Shown: positions 34,839 to 54,429, counted from the stretch's first letter. The stretch is DNA of 64,000 nucleotides from Sminthopsis crassicaudata (GCF_048593235.1 NC_133622.1:250980055-251044054), one strand, 5' to 3'. Notes: a model not told the origin generated them from the letters alone. Program-made: numbers and translations.

Positions 34839-37069
34839 GAGCCAGCAGGCACCGTGCAAGCCGCAGTGGCAGTGGATGAATGACGAGGGAGGGTCTGCCC
34901 TGGGGAGGGGCCCCCGGGGCCCCCAGGCCAGCCACCCACTTCCCAGAGGCCCGGGCTCTCTGGGGCAGGATGGGCCAGAGGCTCCTGGGGCGGAGAAAGC
35001 CAGGGGCCTGGAGGGATGGTGGGAGCATCTGTCTGGAGCCAGGAGGGCCTGTGGGCTGACCTCGTTTGTGGGGGGAGATGAGGGCCCAGAGATAGCGGAG
35101 GCCGGTCCAGCCTCTTTTAAGGGTCCAAGCCAGGATTCGTCCCCTGGTGAGCTGCCTGACTCATGGGTGGGGAGCTCAGCGGGTGGGGCTGGTGGGGGGC
35201 CCACCCAGCCCTGTGAGGGAGAGATTGGGCGGCCACTGGCTCCTCTCAGGGCTCCCAGAGGGCTCCAGGCCCTCATCCCAGAGATCCGAGGGGCCCAGGC
35301 TCCCTTCCTGCCCGCCACCTTCCGCTTCCCCGCTGGTATCAGCCTTAGTCCCCCTCCAGTCTGGTGGTCCGGATGTGCTGTGGACCCTCACCCCATACTC
35401 TGGACCTGCAGGACAGGATACTGCCTTCCCCCACCCCACCCCTGTCCCCGGGATCAGCCCCAAAGCAGAGCGGCCGCAGCTGCTGCACACTAGAGGCTTC
35501 TGGGACTTGCCCCCTCCCCTCCCCCTCTCTGATTGACTGAGAGGCCTTTTGTCAGTGCACTGAGGCCCCCAAGGGAAATAAGGCTCTTCTCCCCTTCATC
35601 TTGGGGCTGTCCCGTCCAATCCTGCCCCCCCCCCCGGCCAGTGGCCTGGAACAAACGGCTGCATTTACTGGGGTTCAGTCACATGGGAGAGAAAATGTCT
35701 CCTGAGGGGGAGAGGGTGGATCCGCTCCCTTGGATTGTCATCCCAGAAAGCACAGGGGGAAGTAGCCGGGGCCTGGAGAGCCCTTGAGGGAGAGGGCGGC
35801 TGGGACTCCCCCATATTCAGTGGAGGCTCCAGAGCCAGCCCGCATTAGAGTGTACTGGGAAGGTATCCTAGGCTCCCCCTTTTCTAGCCACTTGGGGCAT
35901 CTCCCTGTTGACTGCGCACTCCAGAGCCTGCCTTGACCTGATTGAGCTAGCAGGGAGTACTGAGGCTCCCCCTTCTCCCACATTTAAGGGTCCCCTCATC
36001 ATTCACACATGGGAAGAACTTGACCTCGAAGGAATGGTGGGGATAGCAAAGCTGACCCCTGTTGGTCCGGGGCAGACTATGGCAAAGACGGGGGTCCCTA
36101 AGACCTAAGGGTTGGACTTGTCCCTGACGGAGACTCCCCTCACGAGATCCCAAGTAGCGCTGACCGCCCCGGCTTGGAAAGGGTGCGCGCCCCCCCCCCC
36201 CCAGTAGTGGGGCGAGCTGAATGGCCAGGAAGTCATTCTTTGCCAGCCTCAGTTTCCCGCTTCGTGGCGCTCCCCAGGTCAATCCGCAGTCAGGCCATCG
36301 CAACAAGGAAACCTCCATCCCTTTCAACCTAAGCAAGGCCGGGGCTCGGAGCGCTTCCCGTCCAGAGCTGAGGAGGCCGGGGCCGGCCTCTAGAGATGAG
36401 GAAACTAAGGATGGGAATGGGCAAGGGGGAGGCTCCATGAAATAGCTTCCCTGGGGGCGGGGCCGGCTGGGACACGCCCTTAAACTAGAAGACCCGCCCA
36501 CCTATAGCCTGAGCCCACTGAACGTCCTCGACTTTGGACTGCGCATGTCCAACTTGGCAGAAAAAGGAGAGGAAATTGATCCCCCACGCCCTTAGTGCGC
36601 ACGCTCGGTTGCTGGGCAGGCTTTAGGGTCGCGTCCCGACACTCCCCCGCCCCATCTCCTCCCGGACACTTCCCGGTGAAGCGCTCCCCCCACCCCGAAG
36701 CCGCCCGGGTCCGTGGAAGAAGTTGCACTGGGAATTCATCACGTATCCCTGAAGGGCTTTAAGGCAGCTTCTTTCCCTACCCCCACAGTACCAAAACCTT
36801 ACGCCTGTGACGCGCACATGCAAGCCCAGAAACCAGTTCTACGCATGCGCCTCCTGGGGCGCGGCTGACTTTTTAAACAAACTTTGGGTAGACAGGCCTG
36901 CGTGTGCCCGCCACTGCGCCTGCGCCGAGCTGTCTCTCTGGGCTCCAGCATCCCAAAGCGTAGGGGGGTACCCCGGACAAATCCCTCTGCAAACCACCCC
37001 GCTGGGGGCCGCCCCCGCCCTGGGGCCTGTGATTCCACGGAACCAGCACACGCGAGGGCTTGGACAGGG

Positions 37070-37075
37070 TTTATT
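37070..37075 (-). terminator. RELA polyadenylation signal AATAAA
   Basis: TTTATT on + strand, ~540 nt after the RELA stop. Confidence 0.8.
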
Positions 37076-37610
37076 AGTCAAGGGTAAAAAGAACACGGCG
37101 TCAACAGCCCCCCTCCCCCAGGCCCACACCTCTTAAGGCACTTGATCGGGGGCCCCTGCTCAGGCTGCCCCCGGAAGCCTTCCCCGTGGGAAGGATGCTG
37201 GTGTCAGGTGCACAGAGAAAGCAAGGAGGCAGAACCTGGCCCACAGTTTAACCCAAGGCCCGGGCTGGGGCGCCACGTCGAAGCCTGCTCCCCCAGTGGG
37301 GGGAGAGGACAGGCGCAGCCCCCCTGTCCGCCAGCCCTCCACCCCCAGGTCCAAGGAGCCACCAGCGGGGGGAGCTGCAGGCAGAGATGGAGAAGGCAGA
37401 GACAGCTCCCCAGCCCCCCACACCCCTTCTTCAGGAGTTAATGCTTTTACTTAAGCACCTCCAAAACAGAGACTGCGGATAAAATACTTAAACAGGGTTC
37501 ACTGCTCCCACTCCAGCGAGACAGCACCCCCAGAGAAGCTCAAGGGGGTGGGAGCAGCATCGGGGGTGCTCCCGGGGTAGAGCGTGTCCCCCGCAGGCCC
37601 CCAGCCCCTC

Positions 37611-45157
<7,547 letters not shown>

Positions 45158-45159
45158 GG

Positions 45160-45620
45160 CCAGGGTCCTGGGGGCGGGGCCGGGGTCGCAGCTGGAGCCC
45201 CTGGGGCGCGGCGCGCGCCCTACGCCCGAGCCATTCGCCAGAGGCGGAAATGCGCCGCGCGCACTCGCGGCGTCACTGCTCGGAATGCAGACCCGCGCCT
45301 GCGCACCAGAGCCTCTCGGGCCGCGCGCGCGCTGCGCGCACCCGCCTGCGGAGGCGGGGCGGACTGAGTGCGCAGGCGCGGGGAAGTCACCGCCGAGCAG
45401 AGCAAGGCCTCGGTGGGGCAAGGAGGCTTCGAACCCCGGCCGGCTTCACGGGGCTTTAGTTTAAATCTTTTCCTTCGGCTCTTCTAATCGCTTCTGCGAG
45501 ACGTCAAGGACCTAGTTCCCACCCAAGGCGGGTTGGGCGGGGCGGGTAGGCCGCGCCCTGATTGGCGGAGAGCGCGACGCAGGTACGTGTTTGCGTCATG
45601 CGTCTGCGAGAAGCACGTGG
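45160..45620 (-). promoter_or_regulatory. RELA promoter CpG island
   Basis: CpG-dense sequence upstream of ATG 45157, with GC boxes (ggggcgggg 45174-45183, gaggcggggcgg ~45351), NRF1-like TGCGCAGGCGC ~45369 and CCAAT (ATTGG ~45561). Confidence 0.8.
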
Positions 45621-45914
45621 CCCCTGGACACTCCAGGAGGGGCTAGAGGACTCCCCAGAGCAGGTGGGTAAAGAAGGCCGGCTTTATAAAACTTTGATAA
45701 AACACCTACTGTGCGCACAACCCTGCTCCCGCCGGAACGGGGGAGAAGACGTCCAAGGACGAGCCCCCGGGATGCTTGGGGTCACGAGCAGAGCAGGGGT
45801 CGACCCGGGGGGCAGGAGCGGTATCGGTCTCGTATGTTGAGCCCGCTGGACGCCGCTGAGCGTCCTTGGAGTTCGGGAAGAAATTCCCTCCGGTGTAGCC
45901 CTGGCCCCGGCCTC

Positions 45915-48210
45915 AGACTTAGAAACCTTCGCTTTATATTGCAAAGCCAGGTCCCTTTATTCTTTGTACCATCCTCCTGGAAAAAGCCATCTACACTAGG
46001 TGCCTCTACTGTCCCTCCTGGAAAAAGCATCTACACTAGGTGTCTCTACTGTCCCTCCTGGAAAAAGCATCTACACTAGGTGCCTTCTACTATCCCTCCT
46101 GGAAAAAGCGTCTACACTAGGTGTCTCTACTGTCCCTCCTGGAAAAAGCGTCTACACTAGGTGCCTCTACTGTCCCTCCTGGAAAAAGCATCTACACTAG
46201 GTGCCTTCTACTGTCCCTCCTGGAAAAAGCGTCTACACTAGGTGCCTCTACTGTCCCTCCTGGAAAAAGCATCTACACTAGGTGTCTCTACTGTCCCTCC
46301 TGGAAAAAGCATCTACACTAGGTGCCTCTACTGTCCCTCCTGGAAAAAGCATCTACACTAGGTGCCTTCTACTGTCCCTCCTGGAAAAAGCGTCTACACT
46401 AGGTGTCTCTATTGTCCCTCCTGGAAAAAGCATCTACACTAGGTGCCTCTACTGTCCCTCCTGGAAAAAGCATCTACACTAGGTGTCTCTATTGTCCCTC
46501 CTGGAAAAAGCATCTACACTAGGTGCCTCTACTGTCCCTCCTGGAAAAAGCATCTACACTAGGTGCCTCTACTGTCCCTCCTGGAAAAAGCATCTACACT
46601 AGGTGCCTTCTACTGTCCCTCCTGGAAAAAGCATCTACACTAGGTGTCTCTACTGTCCCTCCTGAAAAAAGCATCTACACTAGGTGCCTCTACTGTCCCT
46701 CCTGGAAAAAGCATCTACACTAGGTGCCTTCTACTATCCCTCCTGGAAAAAGCGTCTACACTAGGTGCCTCTACTGTCCCTCCTGGAAAAAGCATCTACA
46801 CTAGGTGTCTCTACTGTCCCTCCTGAAAAAAGCATCTACACTAGGTGTCTCTACTGTCCCTCCTGGAAAAAGCGTATACACTAGGTGCCTTCTACTGTCC
46901 CTCCTGGAAAAAGCATCTACACTAGGTGTCTCTACTGTCCCTCCTGAAAAAAGCATCTACACTAGGTGTCTCTACTGTCCCTCCTGAAAAAAGCGTCTAC
47001 ACTAGGTGCCTCTACTGTCCCTCCTGGAAAAAGCATCTACACTAGGTGCCTCTACTGTCCCTCCTGGAAAAAGCATCTACACTAGGTGCCTTCTACTATC
47101 CCTCCTGGAAAAAGCGTCTACACTAGGTGCCTCTACTGTCCCTCCTGGAAAAAGCATCTACACTAGGTGTCTCTACTGTCCCTCCTGAAAAAAGCATCTA
47201 CACTAGGTGTCTCTACTGTCCCTCCTGGAAAAAGCGTATACACTAGGTGCCTTCTACTGTCCCTCCTGGAAAAAGCATCTACACTAGGTGTCTCTACTGT
47301 CCCTCCTGAAAAAAGCATCTACACTAGGTGTCTCTACTGTCCCTCCTGAAAAAAGCGTCTACACTAGGTGCCTCTACTGTCCCTCCTGGAAAAAGCGTCT
47401 ACACTAGGTGCCTCTACTGTCCCTCCTGGAAAAAGCATCTACACTAGGTGTCTCTACTGTCCCTCCTGGAAAAAAGCGTCTACACTAGGTGTCTCTACTG
47501 TCCCTCCTGGAAAAGAACGGCTGCTCTAGGCAGTTCCACTGACTCCTTTCACTTTCTTCTTTTCCTCTTACAATGGAAACTGCTCTTCCATTAGTTACTA
47601 ATGACCTCTTGTGGCCTTTGCCCTCTCCTCATTCTCCTTGACTTCTGCAAGCATGGATGCTGTTGGTCACTCTCCCTTTGAAACTATTCTCCATAGTTGG
47701 GGGGATCACCCCCCCTTCTCCTCCCTGATATCTTGTTCTGTCTGTGGTTAGATCCTCTTCCAGATGACAGCTTCCAACCTTAGGCTCCCAGTGGGCTTAA
47801 AGTTAATGGGAGCCCATCTTTCCTCCCCCCATCCCACCTTCCCTCCCCCTAGCCTCTCAGGCTTAAAATCCAAGAGGGATTCTGAATATCCCCCCCCCAC
47901 ATTCATATCCAACATGGTGCTGATTTTACTTTTGTACCGTCTCTCCAATACACCCCCATTTCTAAGAGGGCCCCACCCTGGGGCAGACCCCATCACCTCA
48001 TACCTGGACTATTGCAATGGCTGGTCCCCCCCCCCTTAATTCTGATGCCTTCCTCTTCCGTGTATATTTTCTCTATATATAGCTTGTTTGCTTATTGTCT
48101 CCCCTATTAAATGTGAGCTCCTCGAGATCAGGAAGCGTCTTTCAGCCCTTTGCTTAGCCACCCCACTGGCACATAATGAGCACTTAATAATTGTTTATTT
48201 GCTGACTGAC
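45915..48210 (+). mobile_element. Degraded L2 LINE (RT-region fragment to 3' tail) interrupted by the minisatellite
   Basis: 47515-48030 carries L2-like tracts (gaaactgctctt..ttactaatgacctc, cttgac..tgatgctgttggtcactc, tacctggactattgcaat). 48070-48210 is a typical L2 3' end (tgtctcccctattaaatgtgagctcctcgag...gcacttaataattgtttatttgctgactgact). Assigned from recalled consensus. Confidence 0.75.
45973..47514 (+). repeat. 40/41-bp minisatellite, ~38 copies, consensus GCATCTACACTAGGTGCCTCTACTGTCCCTCCTGGAAAAA
   Basis: Directly visible head-to-tail array with no spacers. Variable positions: gca/gcg, gcctc/gtctc/gccttc, actg/acta/attg, ctgg/ctga. Confidence 0.98.
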
Positions 48211-49749
48211 TTCACATGAAACCGTTTATGGGATGGCCACATAAGCCACAGCAGCTGCCTGGGTTTCTAGTGTCTTTACAAGGGTGATGAATTCCTGAAA
48301 GGAGGAACACAGTTTCTTTCCACAGGTCTCCAGGGTCCGGTAATTGCAGGCTTGGGAGACAACACCTATAGTGGTGAAGTTCCCCGAGTGACTTTGTAGC
48401 CCTTAGCAGAATTAGAGGATCATGCTTGTTACAAAGAGCAGCCGAGTAACGGCAGCCCCTGGAGGGGCAGAGATTAGGAAAAGCAGGACCGGGTCCATGA
48501 GGCTCAGGGCCTTTGCAGGGCACTGTGTCAAGTCTGCAGTCTTGGTTCTCCCAGTGGCCATCCCTCCCAGGAATTACGAGGCCTGGCCAGGATAGGACCG
48601 TGGACTACTCTGGTATTTATATAGCTCACTTGAGGACCAGGACAAAAGCCTTGACCAGATCAAGGATTATCTTCAGAACCTCATCCGTCAAGACCCTGAA
48701 AAGTTTATGATCTCAGACTCTTCACGGAAAGGAAGAAGAAATAACATCTCCAAGGACTTCATCTACTGGATTAGCTTGATGCCAAGAATATTCTGGGTTC
48801 ACAAGGAGTAGAAACTCCAACTTGGAATCCTAAGTGACGTATCTGGCACTGAGATGTTTTAGTGATTTCTCAGGGTTGGGCCAGGACTTAGCGACACTAA
48901 GCCTGGTTCACTCCTCAGAAAACCCCAGTGGCTCCTTGTAGCCCTGACGTCAAGTGTCTGTTCCCCTGTTTAGCATTTCAAGCACTTCCCAAGCTGACCC
49001 CATCCAACCTCTCTAGTTTCTCTGCAAAGGACTTCTCTCCTGGCACTGGAAGCCAACATCTGAGTCTTCTTAATCCTCCTCACGGAGGATGCTCACATCA
49101 TTGCTGAACCCCATGCTCTTCTGCCTCATTTTTGACTTTTAAAATTCTGAATTTATTGTGTGTGAGAGAGAAATGGAGAGAGAAAATTTCTGTATACAGA
49201 GTAGGACAGAAAAAAGTTGTATATGGATTCATGACCATGGTTTACAAATTGAAAACTCCGTAATTTTACCGGAATGTCCTGCTCCTCCAAGTTTCATTCT
49301 ATTCCCTTCTGTGCATTTTCCACATTACTTTAGTGATCTTCTTTACTTTCTGTTCTTTTGGGGGTAGTAGCTGCCCCAAATAAAACAAGACAAAAACAAC
49401 ACAATCTTTGGAACGATTAACCATGGCAGAACCCAAATCCAACCATTTGGATTTCCAGCTCTCAAATTGCTCTGCACCATGGGAAAGTTATCACTTCTGA
49501 CAGGTGATGGAGAGCCCATTTTCTCCTTGGCCCACTGGACTTGTGACGGTTTCTCGAGTTGATCAGAATCCTTAATCCTTCAATGGAGGTTTTCTCTATA
49601 GTCAAACCCTGGATTTTCTTGGAGGCTTAACTTCAACACCCAGGGCTTTTCCTGGTCCCCCAGCAGGAAGCTAAGGCCTTTCCTCAAGATTAACTTGTAT
49701 GTGTTTTGTTTGTGTGTTGTTTTCCTCATGTTGGAATACAATCTCTTTG

Positions 49750-50115
49750 GAAGCTCAGGATGATGTGGTCACCAAAAAGTCAATGCTTTCCTTGGCTGCA
49801 TGAAGAGGGGTCAGACTCTCAGGAGTACAGAGGTGGTCATCTCTGTTTTCTGCTCTGGTCACCTAGAGGATTGTCCTCAGTTCAGGCATTACACTATCAG
49901 AAGCGTATTTATAAGCTGGAGAGCACACAGTTAAGGACAGTCAAAGGCCTGCAGGGATGCTATGGTGGAATCAGTTGAAGGAACTGGGGGTATTTAGACT
50001 GCAGAAGAGAAGTCTGGGGGATGTGGTTGCTATGTTCAGGGAAAACTAGAAGGGAGGTAAAGTGAGAAGAAACAGTTTCAAAGAGGCAGATTTAGGCTGG
50101 TTGTCAGGAAAAAAC
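49750..50115 (+). mobile_element. CR1/L3-type LINE fragment
   Basis: ccttggctgcatgaagagggg...ctgctctggtcac...aagctggagagc...ctgcagaagagaagtctgggggatgtg...tttaggctggttgtcaggaaaaaacttc resembles the CR1/L3 3' region. Confidence 0.65.
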
Positions 50116-50129
50116 TTCTGGACAATCAG

Positions 50130-50690
50130 AGGCATCTTAGAGGTCTGTCTGCCTCTAGTCTCTCCCTACTCCTGTCCATTCTCCTCTATTCAGTGACTAA
50201 AGGGATTTTCCTAGAAAGCAGATCCTCACCATGTCATTCCCTACTCAGTAAATCCAGTGGCTCTCCATTGCCTGCAAGATCAAAAGCAGATTCCGGTTTG
50301 ATGTTCCAAGCTCCCTTCTAGTACTCTTTGATCTGGTGACACTGGCCTTTTTGGTGCTCTGAACAAGCCCGTTCAACTCTGGGTTGCAGGCATTTCCTTC
50401 TGGCTGCTTCCCATACCTGGAACATTGTTCCTCCTCATTTCTGTGAAATTCCTATATGTCTCTTAACTAAAAGCCCATTTTTACAGGAAGCCTTTCTCTT
50501 TCTTAATTCTAGTGCTTTTCTTCTATTTAATTACTTCCTCTTTTTCCTGCTTATATAGCTTGTTTGCATATAGCTGTTTGCCTGTTGAGGAAACCCCATT
50601 AGATTGTGAGTTTCTTGAAGGCCCTTTTGGTTTCTTTGTATCCCCAGCATTTAGCACATAGCAGGTGCTTAATAAATGCTTATTGACTGA
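50130..50690 (+). mobile_element. L2 3' fragment
   Basis: aaatccagtggctctccattgcc...attagattgtgagtttcttgaagg...ttagcacatagcaggtgcttaataaatgcttattgactga. Confidence 0.8.
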
Positions 50691-50948
50691 AAACTGAGAA
50701 GGAACTTAGAACAAAGAGTATCAGAGCTAGAAATGACCTAAGAGGATAGGACCTGAATTGTCAAATGTCTGAATTCGACATTAGCACACAGAACACAGAA
50801 TCTGTTCATCAGGTGAGATGATTCTGAGAACATGGAATGTCGGAAACTGTCAGGATTCTCACAAGGTGCTAAGTCACTGGAACGATAAGAGACAATAATT
50901 ATCTAATTTAGCATGGATCAGTATGATTGATCTGACCCTACAAGGAGA

Positions 50949-51496
50949 TGTTATGGGCCAGAACTTGAAACAAAGTATTCAGTGGAATTAGGAGACAATG
51001 GTTAAGTCTTATTTAGCATTGATTTAATTCTACAACAAATAATGGCTTCCTAGTGCTGAAATGATTGGTGTATACTCAATGGGCAGCATATAAGCAGGAA
51101 GCTCTCAGGGCAAGAGGGGACTTTGGGAGGTTCACAACTAGCATTGACTTCAGGGAGATTCACAAGCCCAGGGAAACCCACAATCCTACTCTCAGGGGCG
51201 GAGTCAGTCATTCCCACTGCCACTGGATGGAGACATTGGGAAGATGAGAGGTTGAAGCTGGCAGAGACAAAGGACTAGCAACAAGAGCTCTAGGGGAATC
51301 AAGGAGAGAGATAGGCCTCTAAGAAAGCCAACTGGGCCCAAGGAAGGAGACAAGACTTGAAGGAGAAAATAAAAGACTTTAACTTCTGGCTGCATTTGGG
51401 ATTATTGAACTGAACTGAAACTAAGGCTGCTCCCAGAAGCTCCCCAAGAGATGTGCTCCCAGAGATCCATTATAATTTAGAGAAGAGAACGTTACA
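50949..51496 (+). mobile_element. Solo ERV LTR (~550 bp)
   Basis: TG...CA termini (TGTTATGGG...GTTACA), near-identical flanks GGAGA/GGAAA as a likely 5-bp TSD, ATTGG 51064, TATA-like CATATAAG 51087, AATAAA 51368. Confidence 0.75.
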
Positions 51497-51799
51497 GGAA
51501 ACTGAAGGGAACTTGTCTCAAGTGTGGATGGGTATTAGAACCTAGACTAGACATAGTATGTGATGGGAGGGATCTGAGAACAAAGTCAGAAGGTACCTTG
51601 GAATAAAGGACATTTGAAGAAAGAATGTTATAGCTTAGAGAGACCCTAGAGCACAGCATGTCATTAGAGCATAGAACTACCAAAGTGGATGGAACATTAG
51701 AGCATCCAACAGAAAAGAGTGGCAAAGCTAGCAAGGACCCAAACCAGGGAATGTAAATGCTGTTAGCTGGCTGACACTGAGGGTGTTGTTACACAGCTG

Positions 51800-51990
51800 A
51801 GGGTGACCTTGGGGCAGCTTGCTATAGTGGAAGAAGCATCAGTTGGGAACTTCAAGGACATAGATTTAAATTCTGCCTCAGACCTGAGACTTAACCTCCC
51901 TAGGCCTCAATTTCCCCCTTAATAAAATAGCAGGGGGAGGAGATGTTAGGCTACCTGATTCCTGAGGCCCCTTTTCGGCTCCAGGTCTAT
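51800..51990. mobile_element. MIR-family SINE fragment
   Basis: atagatttaaattctgcctcagac...cctccctaggcctcaatttccccc..aaaatag...tgaggccccttttcggctc. Confidence 0.65.
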
Positions 51991-52199
51991 GATCCCAGAA
52001 AGATACAGAATGTCTGACTTGGGAGAGGTCAAGGATCATATGAGGCTTGGAACATCACGCAGTATCGAAGAGCAGCCCTGGGAGGAAACAGAACACAGCT
52101 TGTCAGATGTGGAATCGAACCTTAGAACACAGAGGACAAAGATGTCATGTCAGTCAGGGTCTTTAAAAGACAGGCTACAGAATGTGATTACTGGGAGTC

Positions 52200-52620
52200 T
52201 GTCAAGCATTTACTAATCTGCAATTGTCAGACATTGTGGTAAGTGCTGGGAGTACAAAGAAAGTCCCTGTGCTCGAGGAACTCCCAGTCTGATTGCAGAG
52301 ACAAAATATAAACAGCTTTGTACAAATAGCAGACTGTAAATAATGGAAGGTATCCCACAGATGGCAGGCACTGGATTTAAAGGACCCAGGAAACGATTCT
52401 TGCCGAAGGTGAGGTTTTGGTTGAGACTTGAAGGTTGCCAGAAATAGCAGAAGGATGGGGATGAAAGGGGAGAGCATGATCACTTCCTCTGGGCTTGGCA
52501 AATCTTGCTGGACAGCAGAAAACCGAATAGAGAATGTTAAAATTTGGAGAGGCCTGAAAACATAAAACCCGGCATCAAGAATTGGGCGCAGAACAGAGAT
52601 GGAGGGCATCTCCAAGTCAG
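52200..52620 (-). mobile_element. L2 3' fragment, reverse orientation
   Basis: gtcaagcatttactaatctg...cagacattgtggtaagtgctggg...aagtccctgtgctcgaggaactc is the reverse complement of an L2 tail. Confidence 0.7.
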
Positions 52621-52997
52621 TCAATCAGCTCTGCTCCTGGCATCTTGGGGGCATTGGAGATGAAAGACAAACAACATAAATTCTTTGTCTTCGGGGATCT
52701 GATGTTCCATCGAGGGAAGGACCCACGTGGGTGAGTATGACGTCTCCACTGTGGTGGATGCCTGGTTGAGAACGTAAGAACGGTGAGGGTTCTAAGAGCA
52801 TTGAACACAGCATTTCGGTATGGAAGGGGGAGAGATGTCAGGACTGAGAGCTAGTTTAGAATACAGAATGTCAGAGACTGGGAGAGGTCAGAAAATGGCC
52901 TGAGAACTCCCTCAAAAAGCCGAGACCCCAGATGGGATGGGAATTGGCTCTGGTCTCATGGAAGCTCTGAGTCTCTGCAGGATTTATTTCTCACATC

Positions 52998-53770
52998 TGA
53001 AGAGGGCCAGAACTCAGAAGTATACTGGAAACAAGGTGTTAACTCGGTGGAACTGATGAGATGATGGTTCTCTAGTTCACAGACATACTTAGTATGGCCA
53101 TGCAATGGTTCTCTAAGTTCACACAAAATCGGTATGCCTTAACGATGTAATTGAGGAGGGGACCCCGAAACTCTAAAAATCCTAAAAGGAGAAAATCTCC
53201 TTCAGCTGTGTCTCAGTGAGGGACCCCGCCCTGAGGGACAAACAGTTCCATCTTTGTTATCTGGGTGGGGTTGGCTCAGTCCTGAAACTCGTTGAATTCA
53301 ATTCAAATTCCAGCTCAAGCTGAAACCCATCCAGGAGCCAACTTGGGACTCCACCCATGAGTTCCCTTCAGCTACAGCTCCCATTATAAAAGAGCCAAAC
53401 TAAAGCCCTCTCTTTGCAGGGGCTCCAAACAAGCCATGCTCTGCCAAGCAAACCTGCCCGCTGGAATGATATTCTTTTCCAGTGTTATCCTCGCTTTACC
53501 CTCATCTATTCCCCCTCTCTGTCAGGATTTCTAGCCTTACTTCCAATCCCCATAATAAACCCTTTTATCACTCTAGGTTTTCGGGTCTGTAGATTCTTTT
53601 ACAGAGAACCTCTGTTCCACCAGAAGGGGTTTCCCCCAAAATTCCCTACCCTTGTGCTGAATCCCAAGGGGTTGCAGGGAAGCCACACTTCTCCATTTGC
53701 TTCTGTGAACCCCAAATCTGTCACTAGACCTTATTTAACTCCCTGACCATCAGAAACCCTAATCTCATGT
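52998..53770 (+). mobile_element. Second solo LTR-like element, related 5' end
   Basis: Starts TGAAGAGGGCCAGAACTC and shares the GGGCCAGAACT..GAAACAA.GT..GTGGAA block with the 50949 LTR. TTATAAAAG ~53385, AATAAA 53554. The 3' boundary is approximate and no TSD was identified. Confidence 0.65.
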
Positions 53771-54429
53771 TGGTTCCCTAAATCTAAACCTTATCCTAAT
53801 TAATAGCATAATGAGCAAGGTATATAAGGGCTAAGAAGGCCGGAAGACAGACATTCTATCTTGGAGCAGCCTCGGGCTGGCTCTCCCGCCTGCTGCACTG
53901 AGGAGGGCTCTGGGTCTGACAGACAGAAAGCTAGCCCGAACCTTCCACACGCACCAGAACCCTCCCAAAAGCATCTGCTGAGACACTTCCTGCTCCTAAG
54001 GGACTCCCGATCCATTTCCTTGTTTTGTTTCAAATGTCAAATTGATAACTGGGGCCTTGAACATTCACTGGGACGTTTGCTGGGTGGAAACGCTTGTGTT
54101 TACCTTGCAGGACTTCCAGGGTGGAGCTCCTGCCATAGATAAACCGGCCGTTCATTCTTGGTGGTGGCCATGGGCATCCTGCATGGATCGGTCTCTGCCA
54201 CTATCAGTTTTGGAAAACTAAAATCAATCCAATAACCAGCGCCGTTTGCCGGGGAAAACACGGCCGTGGGACGCCGGGCAGAGAGTGGGGGCTGGGGGGG
54301 GGGATGGTGGGCACGCCAAGCGCCCTGCCGAGGGGCCATAGGAGCCCAGTGTAGGCCGCGGCCCCAGGCCACGCCTGGAACTTGCCAAGCACTGCACGAG
54401 CCCTTCTCGACATCCGTTGCTGGGGGGCC

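Noticed and set aside
45973-47514. CRISPR-like or coding interpretation of the 40-bp array (repetitive 60-66 aa ORFs)
   Set aside because: Units are head-to-tail with no unique spacers, there are no cas genes and the context is eukaryotic. Every unit carries TAG (CACTAGG) in one frame and the 40/41-bp period shifts frames, so the peptides are artefacts.
50949-53770. A single deleted provirus bounded by the two LTRs
   Set aside because: The LTRs differ in length and most of their sequence. The interior holds MIR/L2 fragments, with no PBS, gag or pol remnant that I could see.
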